DNA of 64,000 nucleotides, from NCBI GenBank assembly GCA_038064855.1, contig JBBTSE010000007.1, positions 151,699-215,698 on the forward strand. The letters are read 5' to 3'. The notes beneath the pieces are model-generated. The model had not been told where the DNA came from. It did no database searches and saw nothing but the letters and a program-made list of their open reading frames with translations. The DNA comes from Patescibacteria group bacterium (GTDB taxonomy: Bacteria > Patescibacteriota > Minisyncoccia > Ryanbacterales > GWA2-47-10b). The position numbers and the translations under genes are program-made. Shown piece after piece: positions 1-9,582 of this stretch (the first letter of the stretch is position 1; every line of letters begins with the position of its first letter).

Positions 1-1031
1 TTGCGTATCGCGTATGCCACGGCAGATCCATTGAGAAGTGCGGCCCCACCCAACTGTGGCCATGAGACTACCGTTTTACCCATCTCAAGGAGTGAGTTTT
101 GCATGCGTTCAGTCACATTTTCAGGACCTACATGTTTGGTGATCATCTTGCCAATACCAAACTTATCAAGACCTGCCAGCATCTCATATGAGACATCACC
201 CATGCGGCCATGGAAAAACTGCGTATTTTGATCAAGGTCATAGCGCTCGATATCTACCACGCCATTATCACCATTGTCTGCTGCCATCACCACGGCGATT
301 TTGTTTTTGCGCGCTCGCTCGCGGATAAGGTATTTGATTGCCAAATTATCAATCTCATCGACGACTACCGAAAGCCCACCAAAAAACTGATCAATGTTTT
401 CGGGAGTCAGACCATCAAAAATCTCAATCTCAAGATATGGATTGATCTCATACATCTGTCGTGCGGTCACGGTCGTCTTTTTCACACTAAGACCATCAAT
501 GCCGGTGCGAATGCGATTGGTATTTGAAAGCTCGAGCGTATCATGATCAGCGATCTTCCAATGCCGCCCACCACCCTGCAAAACCGTTGCGAGTACCACG
601 CTATTGCCCACACTCAGACCCGCAAGGCCAATAGTCGAATTATAATACTTTTCTTGCTCGTCGCGGTTGATGAGGTTTTTGTTGCGCGCGGTGCGTACTT
701 CAAAAAATTCTTTTTCTTCTAAGATGTGTACGATGAGTGCTCGCCACGGATAGTATACCCATCTCCCCTGCTGCCAGAGTGGTGCCTTGGCCTGCACGCT
801 CGCTAAGTATTCGGCAAAAAGAGCTTTGAACTCAGGCGTATATACTGCCGATGGATTTGATACCTGAAAATATTCTTCGAGCTGTACTTCAAAGCTGTCA
901 CTCACCTGTTGGATCTTGCCTGATTTGAGTAAATCCTCCACCGCCGCACAATCCGCATCAACCGACAAATCAAAAATCTGCGGTTTTACGGCGTCTTCGG
1001 ATTTTTTCTGTAAGAGTGTTTCGATATTCAT
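1..1031 (-). CDS. ThiF-family adenylyltransferase, Rv1355c-like (3' end runs off the window)
   Basis: Not in the ORF track. Manual translation from ATG 1031 gives MNIETLLQKK...GRWVYYPWR...RTARNKNLI...IGLAGLSVG...IADHDTLELSNTNRIR...SWPQLGGAA, which are ThiF/Rv1355c family motifs. Confidence 0.85.
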   Translation of the reverse strand, partial: MNIETLLQKKSEDAVKPQIFDLSVDADCAAVEDLLKSGKIQQVSDSFEVQLEEYFQVSNPSAVYTPEFKALFAEYLASVQAKAPLWQQGRWVYYPWRALIVHILEEKEFFEVRTARNKNLINRDEQEKYYNSTIGLAGLSVGNSVVLATVLQGGGRHWKIADHDTLELSNTNRIRTGIDGLSVKKTTVTARQMYEINPYLEIEIFDGLTPENIDQFFGGLSVVVDEIDNLAIKYLIRERARKNKIAVVMAADNGDNGVVDIERYDLDQNTQFFHGRMGDVSYEMLAGLDKFGIGKMITKHVGPENVTERMQNSLLEMGKTVVSWPQLGGAALLNGSAVAYAIR

Positions 1032-1035
1032 GACA

Positions 1036-1344
1036 TTATTTCGTTGCCTTACCACCCAGTCGTGCGATCATTTCCATGTCGTCTTCAGGGGCGACTTTGT
1101 TTTTGATAGTTTTGGCGCATACGCGGCAGTGGTATACGATATTGTACTTACCGCTCTTTTCTTCAACGCCCACTGGCTTCATAAGACCCTTACAAACAGC
1201 GCTCCGATCGCCCGGGTTTACATCTACATGCTTTGACCAAAGGCACTTGGGGCAGTGATTGGTATAGCCATTGCCCTCCACACGCGTGCCGCATCGCTCG
1301 CACACAAAGTCTTCGATCTTGCGCTGAAATTTTGGGGTATCCAT
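1036..1344 (-). CDS. RNHCP domain zinc-binding protein
   Basis: FVCERCG...YTNHCPKCLWSKHVD..PGDR...C.GLM signature. Confidence 0.9.
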   Translation of the reverse strand: MDTPKFQRKIEDFVCERCGTRVEGNGYTNHCPKCLWSKHVDVNPGDRSAVCKGLMKPVGVEEKSGKYNIVYHCRVCAKTIKNKVAPEDDMEMIARLGGKATK

Positions 1345-2468
1345 TATTTGTAAATTCTTTTGATGAGCGGGTTGATCCGTGTGACGATCTCGTAGTTTGA
1401 AGTATCAGCAAGATACGCAAGCGCATCGGCGGTGATACCTTCACCAATGATCGTCGCCTCGTCACCCACCACAACCCCCTTAATATCAGTGATATCGATA
1501 ATAATCATATCCATCGAGATGCGCCCCAAAATCTTTGCCTGCTTGCCACGCACGATAAAATATCCAACGCTCGAGAGCGCGCGCGGATAGCCGTGCCAGT
1601 AACCTACAGGACAAATAGCTACTACTGAATGACGCCCAAGCTCTTCGGTAAAATCATACCCCACGCGGCTACCAGTAGCGAGCTCTTTAACCTCACTGAT
1701 AATAGTCTTCCACGAAAGTATCGGCTTGAGGCGAAACTGGTGATGAAACGCTGCCTCTGCTTCTTTTGATGGCCAAAGGCCATACATGCCGATACCAATA
1801 CGGATCATATCGTAATGCGCCTCGGGGAATAGTATCGCGCCCGACGTTGCGGTCGCGTGTCTGATGGGCCTGAACCCCGCCTCATGCGCCGCGTCAAGAA
1901 CTTTTTCAAAGAGTGCTATTTGCGCCTTAGTGTCTTTGGGAAATGCGGGATTTTTAGCAGCGGCAAAATGTGTGTAGATACCTTCAAAGCGCAGGTTGGC
2001 GTTTTTCTTTTTGAAATACGGGAATACTTTGGCGATATCGTCAGGCAAAAAACCTTGGCGATGCATGCCCGTATCAATCTTAATATGCACGCGAAGTGGT
2101 TTGCTGCGCGTGGCCTCACCTACGGCTGATTTGAGTGCGGCAAAGTTTGAGATCGTCACGCTGATACCCGCACGAGCGGCCTCAGCGTAGCGCTCAGGCA
2201 TGGTATAGCCGAGGACCAAAATAGGCATACGAATACCAGCTTTGCGAATAGCAAGCGCCTCTACTATCGAATCAACACCGAGCCAATCGGCGCCCAGTTT
2301 TTTCATAGTACGCGAGAAATCGAGAAGACCATGACCGTACGCGTTTGATTTGGTGATAGCCATCAGCATATTGCCTTTACCGGCAAGCTTGCGAAATGCC
2401 GTATAGTTGGCTTTGAGTTTTTTGGTATCTATCTCGATCCAAGTCCTAAGACTTTCTTTTTTCTTCAT
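1344..2468 (-). CDS. alr: Alanine racemase
   Basis: KSNAYGHG (PLP lysine), HIKIDTGMHRQG, GRISMD. Confidence 0.95.
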   Translation of the reverse strand: MKKKESLRTWIEIDTKKLKANYTAFRKLAGKGNMLMAITKSNAYGHGLLDFSRTMKKLGADWLGVDSIVEALAIRKAGIRMPILVLGYTMPERYAEAARAGISVTISNFAALKSAVGEATRSKPLRVHIKIDTGMHRQGFLPDDIAKVFPYFKKKNANLRFEGIYTHFAAAKNPAFPKDTKAQIALFEKVLDAAHEAGFRPIRHATATSGAILFPEAHYDMIRIGIGMYGLWPSKEAEAAFHHQFRLKPILSWKTIISEVKELATGSRVGYDFTEELGRHSVVAICPVGYWHGYPRALSSVGYFIVRGKQAKILGRISMDMIIIDITDIKGVVVGDEATIIGEGITADALAYLADTSNYEIVTRINPLIKRIYK

Positions 2469-2529
2469 ATACCTAAAATAGCAGAGAAAAAGCCCGCCGC
2501 CAACGGCAAAATAAGGGGTTTTTGCTTAT

Positions 2530-2558
2530 TTGACAAGTAGTTATAAATATAGTATAAT
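2530..2558 (+). promoter_or_regulatory. Consensus sigma70 promoter
   Basis: TTGACA (2530-2535), 17 nt, TATAAT (2553-2558). Confidence 0.85.
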
Positions 2559-2577
2559 CGCATCTAGGAGGTTCATA

Positions 2578-2742
2578 ATGAAACTGCGAAGCATCGATCT
2601 CGTGATCATCGTCATCGGGCTCCTCGGCATCGTCGCTGTTCTCTCGTTCTCTCTCCCGCAGAGCAACGCGGTGACCGGCGTCGTCCAGTCGCGCAATGCC
2701 GAGATTACTGCCGAGGCCGAGCGTGCGCTCAACGGCAACTAG
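2578..2742 (+). CDS. 54-aa single-TM/secreted hypothetical microprotein
   Basis: AGGAGG SD before ATG 2578; hydrophobic N-terminus MKLRSIDLVIIVIGLLGIVAVLSF; own promoter and terminator. Confidence 0.7.
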   Translation: MKLRSIDLVIIVIGLLGIVAVLSFSLPQSNAVTGVVQSRNAEITAEAERALNGN

Positions 2743-2750
2743 ATCAAAAG

Positions 2751-2790
2751 GCCCCGACCGTCAACCAGACGGTCGGGGCTATCATTTTTT
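2751..2790. terminator. Intrinsic terminator between convergent genes
   Basis: GCCCCGACCGTC-AACCA-GACGGTCGGGGC 12-bp stem with a T-tract shortly after it. Confidence 0.8.
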
Positions 2791-2802
2791 ATACGAGATT
2801 TT

Positions 2803-3429
2803 TTAGTTTAGATGCGCGTGGTCGTTCCATGTTTGTAGTAGCCATCCGTACTCGGGCATGTAGTCAAGCGCCGTAATCCCCGTATTTTTTATACGAAAAA
2901 CTTTAAAGATATGATTGAATTCCGCATGAGTCACCTTTTCGCCAAAAATAATAGTCGCCAACAACATACGCATAAATCCGCCATGGGAAACTACCAAGAT
3001 ATGTTCTTCAGAACGACTTTCAAGATATGCGAGAAAACCCAATGCACGATCACGAAACTCAGAAAATACTTCTTCGTCTGAATGACGATATGATTCATCG
3101 TCGCCATGAGCCATAATTTCTGCACGAATCGCCAACGCACGCGGATCGTCGCCTTGCATACCAACCATAACGCTTGGATGACGCTTCTCTACGATGTCAT
3201 CGCGCCATTCAACGGGCCGCTCGAGATGCTTTAAGATCACCTCGGTAGTTTCGCGTGTACGCTCATATGGACTAGCCAAGATTATATCGATAGGCAAACG
3301 CTCAATACGGTGTGCTAAAAAGACAGCTTGGTCCTTGCCATGCGATGAGAGTGGGCCTGTAGACCCTTGGAATGCATGAGCTATGTTTGCCTCGGATTCT
3401 CCGTGGCGGATAAGATAAATACGCTTCAT
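2803..3429 (-). CDS. Histidine phosphatase (phosphoglycerate mutase superfamily)
   Basis: RIYLIRHGES, SPYERTRET, LVVSHGG, NTGIT, WNDHAHL. True start is ATG 3429 because the ORF-track extension overlaps a tRNA. Confidence 0.9.
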   Translation of the reverse strand: MKRIYLIRHGESEANIAHAFQGSTGPLSSHGKDQAVFLAHRIERLPIDIILASPYERTRETTEVILKHLERPVEWRDDIVEKRHPSVMVGMQGDDPRALAIRAEIMAHGDDESYRHSDEEVFSEFRDRALGFLAYLESRSEEHILVVSHGGFMRMLLATIIFGEKVTHAEFNHIFKVFRIKNTGITALDYMPEYGWLLQTWNDHAHLN

Positions 3430-3431
3430 TG

Positions 3432-3504
3432 TCCGCTCGGTAGGAATCGAACCTACGACCATCTCCTTAAAAGGGAGCTGCTCTACCGACTGAGCTACGA
3501 GCGG
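3432..3504 (-). tRNA. tRNA-Lys(TTT), CCA not encoded
   Basis: Cloverleaf CCGCTCG-TAGCTCAGTCGGTAGAGC...loop CTTTTAA...GTAGGTTCGATTCCTAC-CGAGCGG-A. Confidence 0.93.
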
Positions 3505-3508
3505 ATAT

Positions 3509-4018
3509 TTACGATCGCCTACTCAAAAGAGCAAGACCGATGATGGGCACAATCGCCCAAATAACATACGCATCGGGTCCTGCAAAGAGCGTTTTGGTGA
3601 TCGGTGATAATTTTATAATACCCCGAAATGAGATGATATTCAAGGTACCGGCCACAAAAAGACCAGTTGAGAGAAAGCTAATAAAAAGAGCGGGCAACCA
3701 CCGATATGACGATTTGCCGATGCCACGCAAAAAAATGCGCTCGGTAAAAACAAATAACAATGCGAGCACCACACCATACACAAGCAGGTTGCGATACAAA
3801 TGTACGCCGAGCTTGTGACTATCGAGAAGCTCGAAGATCAAAGGTGAGATAAAAAGTGCCAAATAGGTTGAGAGCAAGAACGCCAAAAGCTTTGCCTTGC
3901 CACCCATCATGCCCCACAAAAATCCTGCGCCGAGAAAAAAAGTGATAACCAATATATCTACCGCCGGATGGCGCATGTAAGCTGCGAGTCCTTCTGCGTA
4001 CGCGAGATAGGCGGTCAT
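3509..4018 (-). CDS. Hypothetical membrane protein (about 5 TM, CvpA-like layout)
   Basis: Several hydrophobic segments; directly follows dnaJ. Confidence 0.7.
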   Translation of the reverse strand: MTAYLAYAEGLAAYMRHPAVDILVITFFLGAGFLWGMMGGKAKLLAFLLSTYLALFISPLIFELLDSHKLGVHLYRNLLVYGVVLALLFVFTERIFLRGIGKSSYRWLPALFISFLSTGLFVAGTLNIISFRGIIKLSPITKTLFAGPDAYVIWAIVPIIGLALLSRRS

Positions 4019-5074
4019 CTAGAAGCCTTCGCGTTTGAGTTCTTCAATGAGAGATTTGAGTGCGGGTGTGATCTTCTTTGGCATGTGGATTTTAATTTCA
4101 ATCAGCAAGTCTCCCCTACCACCATCGTCGCGGCCAATGCCTTTACCGGCCACTTTGAGTACTTCGCCGTCAGCCACACCCTGTGGAATTTTTACTTTAA
4201 TCTTGCCATCAAGTGTTTCGATCTCTTCGGAAGAGCCCACAAGAGCAGTAGAGAGTGGCACTTCAAAACGCATGACCAAATCATGGCGCAAACGCTTGAA
4301 TGTCGCATGAGGTAATACATGAATCTTGGCGTAGAGGTCACCCATGTCAGCATGAGGGGCCGCCTCACCCTTACCTGAGATCCTAATCACCTCACCATCT
4401 TCAATGCCTGAGGGAACAATAATGTGTACTTCCTCACTCTTTACGATGATTGTCTCGCCGTGGCAGACTTTGCATTGTTTCTCTGGCACTTTGCCTTTGC
4501 CACTACAAGTGCCGCACTCAACCATTTTGGTAAAGGTACCAAAAAGAGATTTGCGCGTGTCACGCAAGGTGCCCGCGCCATGACAGGTAGCGCAGGTAGA
4601 AAGCGCTGAGCCTTTTTCGGCACCCGTACCGCCACACTCGTCGCACAATGCTCGTTTGCGGATCAGTACGCGACGCTCCGTACCAAAAGCACTTTCTGCA
4701 AATGGAATCTCGATATCAATAGAAATATCACGGCCTCGACGCTTGTTACCTCCACCAGGAAAACCACCTCTGCCAAAAACAGTCTCAAAAATATCACCGA
4801 CATCCATCTGATCAAAACCAAAATTGCCGAAATCAAAACCACCGAAACCAGCGCCCTCCTGTCCTCCGGCGCCAGCGGAACCAAAACGATCATATTGTGA
4901 TCGTTTGTCATCGTTTGAGAGTATTTGGTAGGCCTCGTTGATCTCTTTGAAGCGGCGTTCATCACCACCTTTTTTGTCAGGATGGTATTGGTGCGCAAGC
5001 TTGCGGTACGCCTTTTTTACATCTTCTTTGGTCGCGTTGCGCGGAACGCCTAAAATATCATAGTAGTCTTTCAT
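4019..5074 (-). CDS. dnaJ: Chaperone DnaJ
   Basis: J-domain HPD, G/F region, four CxxCxGxG-type repeats. Confidence 0.97.
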   Translation of the reverse strand: MKDYYDILGVPRNATKEDVKKAYRKLAHQYHPDKKGGDERRFKEINEAYQILSNDDKRSQYDRFGSAGAGGQEGAGFGGFDFGNFGFDQMDVGDIFETVFGRGGFPGGGNKRRGRDISIDIEIPFAESAFGTERRVLIRKRALCDECGGTGAEKGSALSTCATCHGAGTLRDTRKSLFGTFTKMVECGTCSGKGKVPEKQCKVCHGETIIVKSEEVHIIVPSGIEDGEVIRISGKGEAAPHADMGDLYAKIHVLPHATFKRLRHDLVMRFEVPLSTALVGSSEEIETLDGKIKVKIPQGVADGEVLKVAGKGIGRDDGGRGDLLIEIKIHMPKKITPALKSLIEELKREGF

Positions 5075-5086
5075 GGGTGGGTTTCC

Positions 5087-6013
5087 TTAAAAGAACGAGT
5101 AGACAAAGACGTTTGCAGGTATCGTTCTTACGCCGATTATACCAAATCTACGCAAAATGCGCAAAACCATACTCACGATCATAATGGCGATCCAATAGAG
5201 AAAAATACCGAAAAATCGGAGCGTTACAAAAAATCCAATTGCATATGCAATAGGGAATACTCCCTGAAAACGGCCTGCCTGCGCGCGCATAAAATTGATA
5301 CCCACCATATAGATAATATCACCCATCTTTTGGTCTGCTCGTGGTTCAACCCCAATGCGCTCATTGAGCATTTTGGCGGACTCGCGGGTGGCGAGTGCGC
5401 GCTCGTTGGTCGTCAGTTCACGACCTGTCTCAGCTGCTGCTTTTTTGGCTACATAATCTCCGTATAAAATTTTTGAATCAAACGCGCCATCAACACCGCG
5501 GATCACAGGATCAATCGTCTCAAGGATAGGGTCAAAAAGCCAGCGTGGGATCAATGCCTCTACCTCCAAATTTTGCTTGGGTGTGACGGCAAACGCAGCA
5601 GTGGCAATGGCGGCAGCAAGAAAGGTAACAGTAAGTGGTAAACACTTGCGAAGACTTTTGGCGACACCGCCCTCGAGCGTGCGTTCCATCTGATATTTGG
5701 TGCGAAACATACCCAAAATACCAAAACAGAAAAGAGCAGTAGCCATCACTATAAAAAAATGTGTCTGGTACCAAATGACACCCATGTAGGACGCGAGCGC
5801 CCAGCCAACGAGCATCAAATAAATTTTATCTACCAAGATAACCGAAAGCCCCCACATCGCAAGAAACGCGATGGTGGCGGCAATCGTGCTCCAGATCAAA
5901 TTCATATTGTCCCACGAAAGACGCGGGAGCAGTGTCGAGATTGAGAGCCACAGGAGGCCTGACGAGAGTACGAGGAGGGTAAGGAGCGTGGCTTCTTTAG
6001 CCGGTGCTTTCAT
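5087..6013 (-). CDS. Hypothetical multi-pass membrane protein between dnaK and dnaJ
   Basis: 308-aa ORF with several TM segments, overlapping the dnaK end. Confidence 0.75.
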   Translation of the reverse strand: MKAPAKEATLLTLLVLSSGLLWLSISTLLPRLSWDNMNLIWSTIAATIAFLAMWGLSVILVDKIYLMLVGWALASYMGVIWYQTHFFIVMATALFCFGILGMFRTKYQMERTLEGGVAKSLRKCLPLTVTFLAAAIATAAFAVTPKQNLEVEALIPRWLFDPILETIDPVIRGVDGAFDSKILYGDYVAKKAAAETGRELTTNERALATRESAKMLNERIGVEPRADQKMGDIIYMVGINFMRAQAGRFQGVFPIAYAIGFFVTLRFFGIFLYWIAIMIVSMVLRILRRFGIIGVRTIPANVFVYSFF

Positions 6014-7880
6014 TACCCTTATTATCGTCTTTTACTTCCTCATGTTCAACTGGTGTTGCACCCGGCGTGGCTTCTGCATCTTTTTTATAGATCAACTCCC
6101 CTATCTTTTGAGCCGCTACCGAATAGGCCGTTGCCTTGTCACGGATTTTTGCCGCGTCCTCGCCCTTCATGACCTCGTCGAGCTCTTTCTTTTTGTCTTC
6201 TATTTCTTTTTTAAGTGCTTCGGGTACTTTGTCACCCGCATCGTGCACTGCCTTTTCAGTCGTGTATACCATGGTGTCTGCGATATTGCGGGCTTCTACC
6301 AAATCACGCTTTTTCTTGTCTTCATCTGCGTGTACGGCGGCATCTTGCTTCATACGCTCGATATCATCTTTGGTAAGCCCGCTCGATGCCTCGATGCGTA
6401 CTGACTGCTCTTTGCCGGTACCCTTGTCTTTTGCCTTCACCGACAAAATACCATTGGCATCGATATCAAATGAGACTTCAATCTGGGGCATGCCTCGGGG
6501 TGCTGGTGGGATGCCATCAAGAATAAATCGGCCGAGTGTTTTGTTGTCTGTGGCCATCTCACGCTCACCCTGCAAGATATGGATCTCGACTGACGGCTGG
6601 GAATCCGCCGCGGTTGAAAACACCTGTGTCTTTGCAGTCGGCACGGTGGTATTTTTTTCAATGATACGGGTAAATACTCCGCCAAAAGTTTCGAGACCAA
6701 CGGAGAGTGGCGTGACATCGAGCAAGAGCACATCTTTAACATCGCCCTGCAAGATACCTGCCTGTACGGCCGCGCCAAGTGCCACTACTTCGTCAGGGTT
6801 GATGGTGCGATTCGGCTCTTTGCCAAAGAGTTTTTTAACGGCCTCTACGATTGCCGGCATGCGCGTCTGACCACCTACCAAGATAACTTCATTAATATCG
6901 CCGATCGCAAGTCCGGCGTCTTTGACAACCTGACTCGTGATATTGATTGATTTGGTGATGTAATCACCTACGAGCTGCTCAAAATCTGCGCGCTTGAGTT
7001 TGAGAAGCAAGTGCTGGGGGCCTGATTCGTTTGATGTAATGAATGGAATATTGACCTCGGTCTCCATGGTACCCGAAAGCTCATGCTTTGCTTTTTCCGC
7101 CGCTTCTTTGAGGCGCTGGAGAGCTATCGCATCTTTGGATACATCGATGCCTGATTGTTTTTTGAACTCGCTGATGATCCACTCAATAATTTTTTGATCA
7201 AAGTCATCACCCCCCAAGTGTGTGTCGCCACCGGTTGCCTTCACCTCGATGGTGTCTTCGGCAATATCAAGCACTGAAACATCAAAAGTACCGCCGCCAA
7301 AGTCATAGACAACCACTTTTTCATCTTTCTTTTTATTGAAACCATATGCGAGCGCAGCTGCCGTCGGTTCGTTGAGAATGCGGCGCACCGTGAGCCCCGC
7401 GATCTCGCCTGCGTCTTTGGTCGCCTTGCGCTGTGAATCGCTAAAGTAGGCCGGTACCGTGATAATCGCCTCGGTGATTTTCTCACCAAGCTTTTCTTCA
7501 GCGTCTGCTTTGAGCTTTTGCAAAATCATCGCCGAGATTTCTTCGGGACGATATCCTTTGCCCCCCATTTCAATCTCAACGCCGCTATTGGCTGACTCTT
7601 TGATGGTGTACGGCAAGAGTGTTTTGTCGCGCTGTACCTCTGCATCAGAAAACTTGCGACCGATAAGGCGTTTGGCAGAATAAATAGTACCGCGTGGATT
7701 GGTGACTGCTTGGCGCTTCGCAATTAACCCTGCCAAACGCTCGTTTGATTTTGAGAGTGCGACAATAGACGGCGTGGTGCGATTACCTTCTTTGTTTTCG
7801 ATTATTTTTGGAGCACCGCCCTCGATGATTGCTATCGCTGAGTTGGTAGTGCCTAAGTCAATTCCAAGTATTTTTGCCAT
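5997..7880 (-). CDS. dnaK: Chaperone DnaK
   Basis: [36 protein letters not shown]. Confidence 0.99.
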   Translation of the reverse strand: MAKILGIDLGTTNSAIAIIEGGAPKIIENKEGNRTTPSIVALSKSNERLAGLIAKRQAVTNPRGTIYSAKRLIGRKFSDAEVQRDKTLLPYTIKESANSGVEIEMGGKGYRPEEISAMILQKLKADAEEKLGEKITEAIITVPAYFSDSQRKATKDAGEIAGLTVRRILNEPTAAALAYGFNKKKDEKVVVYDFGGGTFDVSVLDIAEDTIEVKATGGDTHLGGDDFDQKIIEWIISEFKKQSGIDVSKDAIALQRLKEAAEKAKHELSGTMETEVNIPFITSNESGPQHLLLKLKRADFEQLVGDYITKSINITSQVVKDAGLAIGDINEVILVGGQTRMPAIVEAVKKLFGKEPNRTINPDEVVALGAAVQAGILQGDVKDVLLLDVTPLSVGLETFGGVFTRIIEKNTTVPTAKTQVFSTAADSQPSVEIHILQGEREMATDNKTLGRFILDGIPPAPRGMPQIEVSFDIDANGILSVKAKDKGTGKEQSVRIEASSGLTKDDIERMKQDAAVHADEDKKKRDLVEARNIADTMVYTTEKAVHDAGDKVPEALKKEIEDKKKELDEVMKGEDAAKIRDKATAYSVAAQKIGELIYKKDAEATPGATPVEHEEVKDDNKGNESTG

Positions 7881-7896
7881 AATATTTTTTTATTTA

Positions 7897-8424
7897 TTAT
7901 TCTTTTTTAAATTCACCGACACTCACTTTTGCGGGGCGGATGACTCGATCACCTATCCGATACCCTTTTTGAAATTCTGTCATCACTTTGTTGTCATCTG
8001 CCTCGCTCGCGACTTCTTTGACTTCAATTGCTTCATGCCATACGGGATCAAATATTTTGCCGAGAGCATCGATGGACTCAATATCATAACGCTTGAGGAG
8101 ACCTCTGAGCTTCTCGAGTGTGTTGCGCATACCTTGCACCCACGGAGAATCGGGCGGTGGTGAGGCAAAGGCGCCTTCAAAGGTGTCTACAACATCAAGG
8201 ATCTCGCGTACCATACGAATCTCTGCGTACTGTACTGCTGACTCTTGGCCTTTGCGTGATTCGCGCTCAGCGTTTGAATAGTCTGCTTTTGCTCGCTGCC
8301 AACCCTGAAGATACTCGTCTTTTTCCTTTTTACAGATTTCGAGCGCGTGTTTGAGTTTTGTCAGCTTGGGATTCGCATCGTCTTCCGCCTCAAGCTCGAT
8401 ATCGTCTAATCGTTCTTCATCCAT
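7897..8424 (-). CDS. grpE: Nucleotide exchange factor GrpE
   Basis: RAKADYSN, FDPVWHEAI, FQKGY..GDRVIRPAKVSV. Confidence 0.96.
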   Translation of the reverse strand: MDEERLDDIELEAEDDANPKLTKLKHALEICKKEKDEYLQGWQRAKADYSNAERESRKGQESAVQYAEIRMVREILDVVDTFEGAFASPPPDSPWVQGMRNTLEKLRGLLKRYDIESIDALGKIFDPVWHEAIEVKEVASEADDNKVMTEFQKGYRIGDRVIRPAKVSVGEFKKE

Positions 8425-9059
8425 ATGCGTATGGTACCAATAATACCTTCGTAATTCATGCGCGTAGGCCCTGCTACGAAAAAGACATCGTCTCTCCCGC
8501 GCCGACCGACTACTACACTGATCGCACGCATGCGCTCGACGGGGTTCTCCTCGCCAATATACACGCGAAATGGATCATCTTCGAGTGACTCTCTATACGC
8601 GTCACGCTGGCGTTCAAGATGATCGAGGAATATGCCCATCTCTTTGACGACATCGCGCTCAGCAAATTCAGGTTCACGAAATACCTCATCAAAACCTATA
8701 GGCATACCTTCACCAAATGCTGAGAGTACACGAAAGTGTTGAGCCATCTTTTCCTGCAACGCGCGCATGCCACCCAATACTTGGGTTACGCGTTGCGTCA
8801 CCGCTGTTTCCACTTCATCGGCCAATACTTCGTCTACAAAAAAACGGTACCCACGCACGGATGGCACGCGCCCTCCCGAGACATGGGGCTGGACGATAAA
8901 ACCCTCATCGGTCAAAACACCAAATACATTGCGGATCGATGCGGGACTCAAGTTGCCACGGAAATGCCGCGCAATGCGCTCGGATGATACAGGCTCTGCG
9001 GTACGAATATAGTCCCTGACCAAAAGTTCAAGGATATTTTTTTCGCGCTCTTTGAGCAT
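8406..9059 (-). CDS. hrcA: Heat-inducible repressor HrcA (short form, 217 aa)
   Basis: Winged HTH YIRTAEPVSS...SPASIRN...QPHVSGGRVPS..GYRFFVD and C-terminal GPTRMNY; start at ATG 9059. Confidence 0.92.
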   Translation of the reverse strand: MLKEREKNILELLVRDYIRTAEPVSSERIARHFRGNLSPASIRNVFGVLTDEGFIVQPHVSGGRVPSVRGYRFFVDEVLADEVETAVTQRVTQVLGGMRALQEKMAQHFRVLSAFGEGMPIGFDEVFREPEFAERDVVKEMGIFLDHLERQRDAYRESLEDDPFRVYIGEENPVERMRAISVVVGRRGRDDVFFVAGPTRMNYEGIIGTIRIWMKND

Positions 9060-9065
9060 AGGAGC

Positions 9066-9094
9066 ATTATAGACAATTAGCACTCGTGGGTCAA
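9066..9094 (-). promoter_or_regulatory. sigma70 promoter of the hrcA-grpE-dnaK operon (leaderless geometry)
   Basis: Minus strand TTGACC, 17 nt, TATAAT, 6 nt, ATG; the -35 lies inside the CIRCE spacer. Confidence 0.85.
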
Positions 9095-9103
9095 GAGTGC
9101 TAA
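9077..9103. promoter_or_regulatory. CIRCE operator
   Basis: Perfect TTAGCACTC-N9-GAGTGCTAA upstream of hrcA. Confidence 0.98.
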
Positions 9104-9121
9104 TTTGTTCTCCTGCTAAAC

Positions 9122-9155
9122 AAAAATCCCTCCCGCAATCGCGGGAGGGATTTTT
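9122..9155 (-). terminator. Intrinsic terminator after rpsI
   Basis: AAAATCCCTCCCGC-AATC-GCGGGAGGGATTTT. Confidence 0.88.
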
Positions 9156-9159
9156 GAGA

Positions 9160-9582
9160 TTAACGCTTTGACCACTGAGGGGCGCGGCGAGCTTTTTTGA
9201 GGCCGAACTTACGGCGCTCTTTGACGCGAGGATCACGCTTGAGAAAGCCTGCTTTTTTGAGACTGTGGCGCAATGCGATATCAAAGGTGTTGAGTGTACG
9301 AGAAATGCCGTGGCGTACTGCCTCTGACTGTGAGTGAATACCACCACCCTCTACTTTGACTGATACACCAAAATGAGTCTCGGGACGCGCTTTACGAAAA
9401 GCGTCTTCAACAATCTTTTGCATGTCTACGGTAACAAAATATTTCTTGTAGTCGATACCGTTGACAACGATGCCCTCTTGATTAGCAAAAATACGCACGC
9501 GCGCAATAGAGGTCTTGCGGCGTCCGACAGCTTCGATATATTTGCCCGTAAAGGCAGCAGTTTTACTTTTCGTCTGTGACAT
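9160..9582 (-). CDS. rpsI: 30S ribosomal protein S9
   Basis: GRRKTSIARV, RDPRVKERRKFGLKKARRAPQWSKR. Confidence 0.98.
   Translation of the reverse strand: MSQTKSKTAAFTGKYIEAVGRRKTSIARVRIFANQEGIVVNGIDYKKYFVTVDMQKIVEDAFRKARPETHFGVSVKVEGGGIHSQSEAVRHGISRTLNTFDIALRHSLKKAGFLKRDPRVKERRKFGLKKARRAPQWSKR

Noticed and set aside
6136-6870. Long antisense ORFs (also 20428-20889, 23756-24439, 36115-36705 and others)
   Set aside because: These are shadow frames of well-supported genes and have no recognisable motifs.
9060-9347. N-terminal extension of hrcA in the ORF track
   Set aside because: It overlaps rpsI, the terminator and the CIRCE; HrcA similarity begins at ATG 9059.
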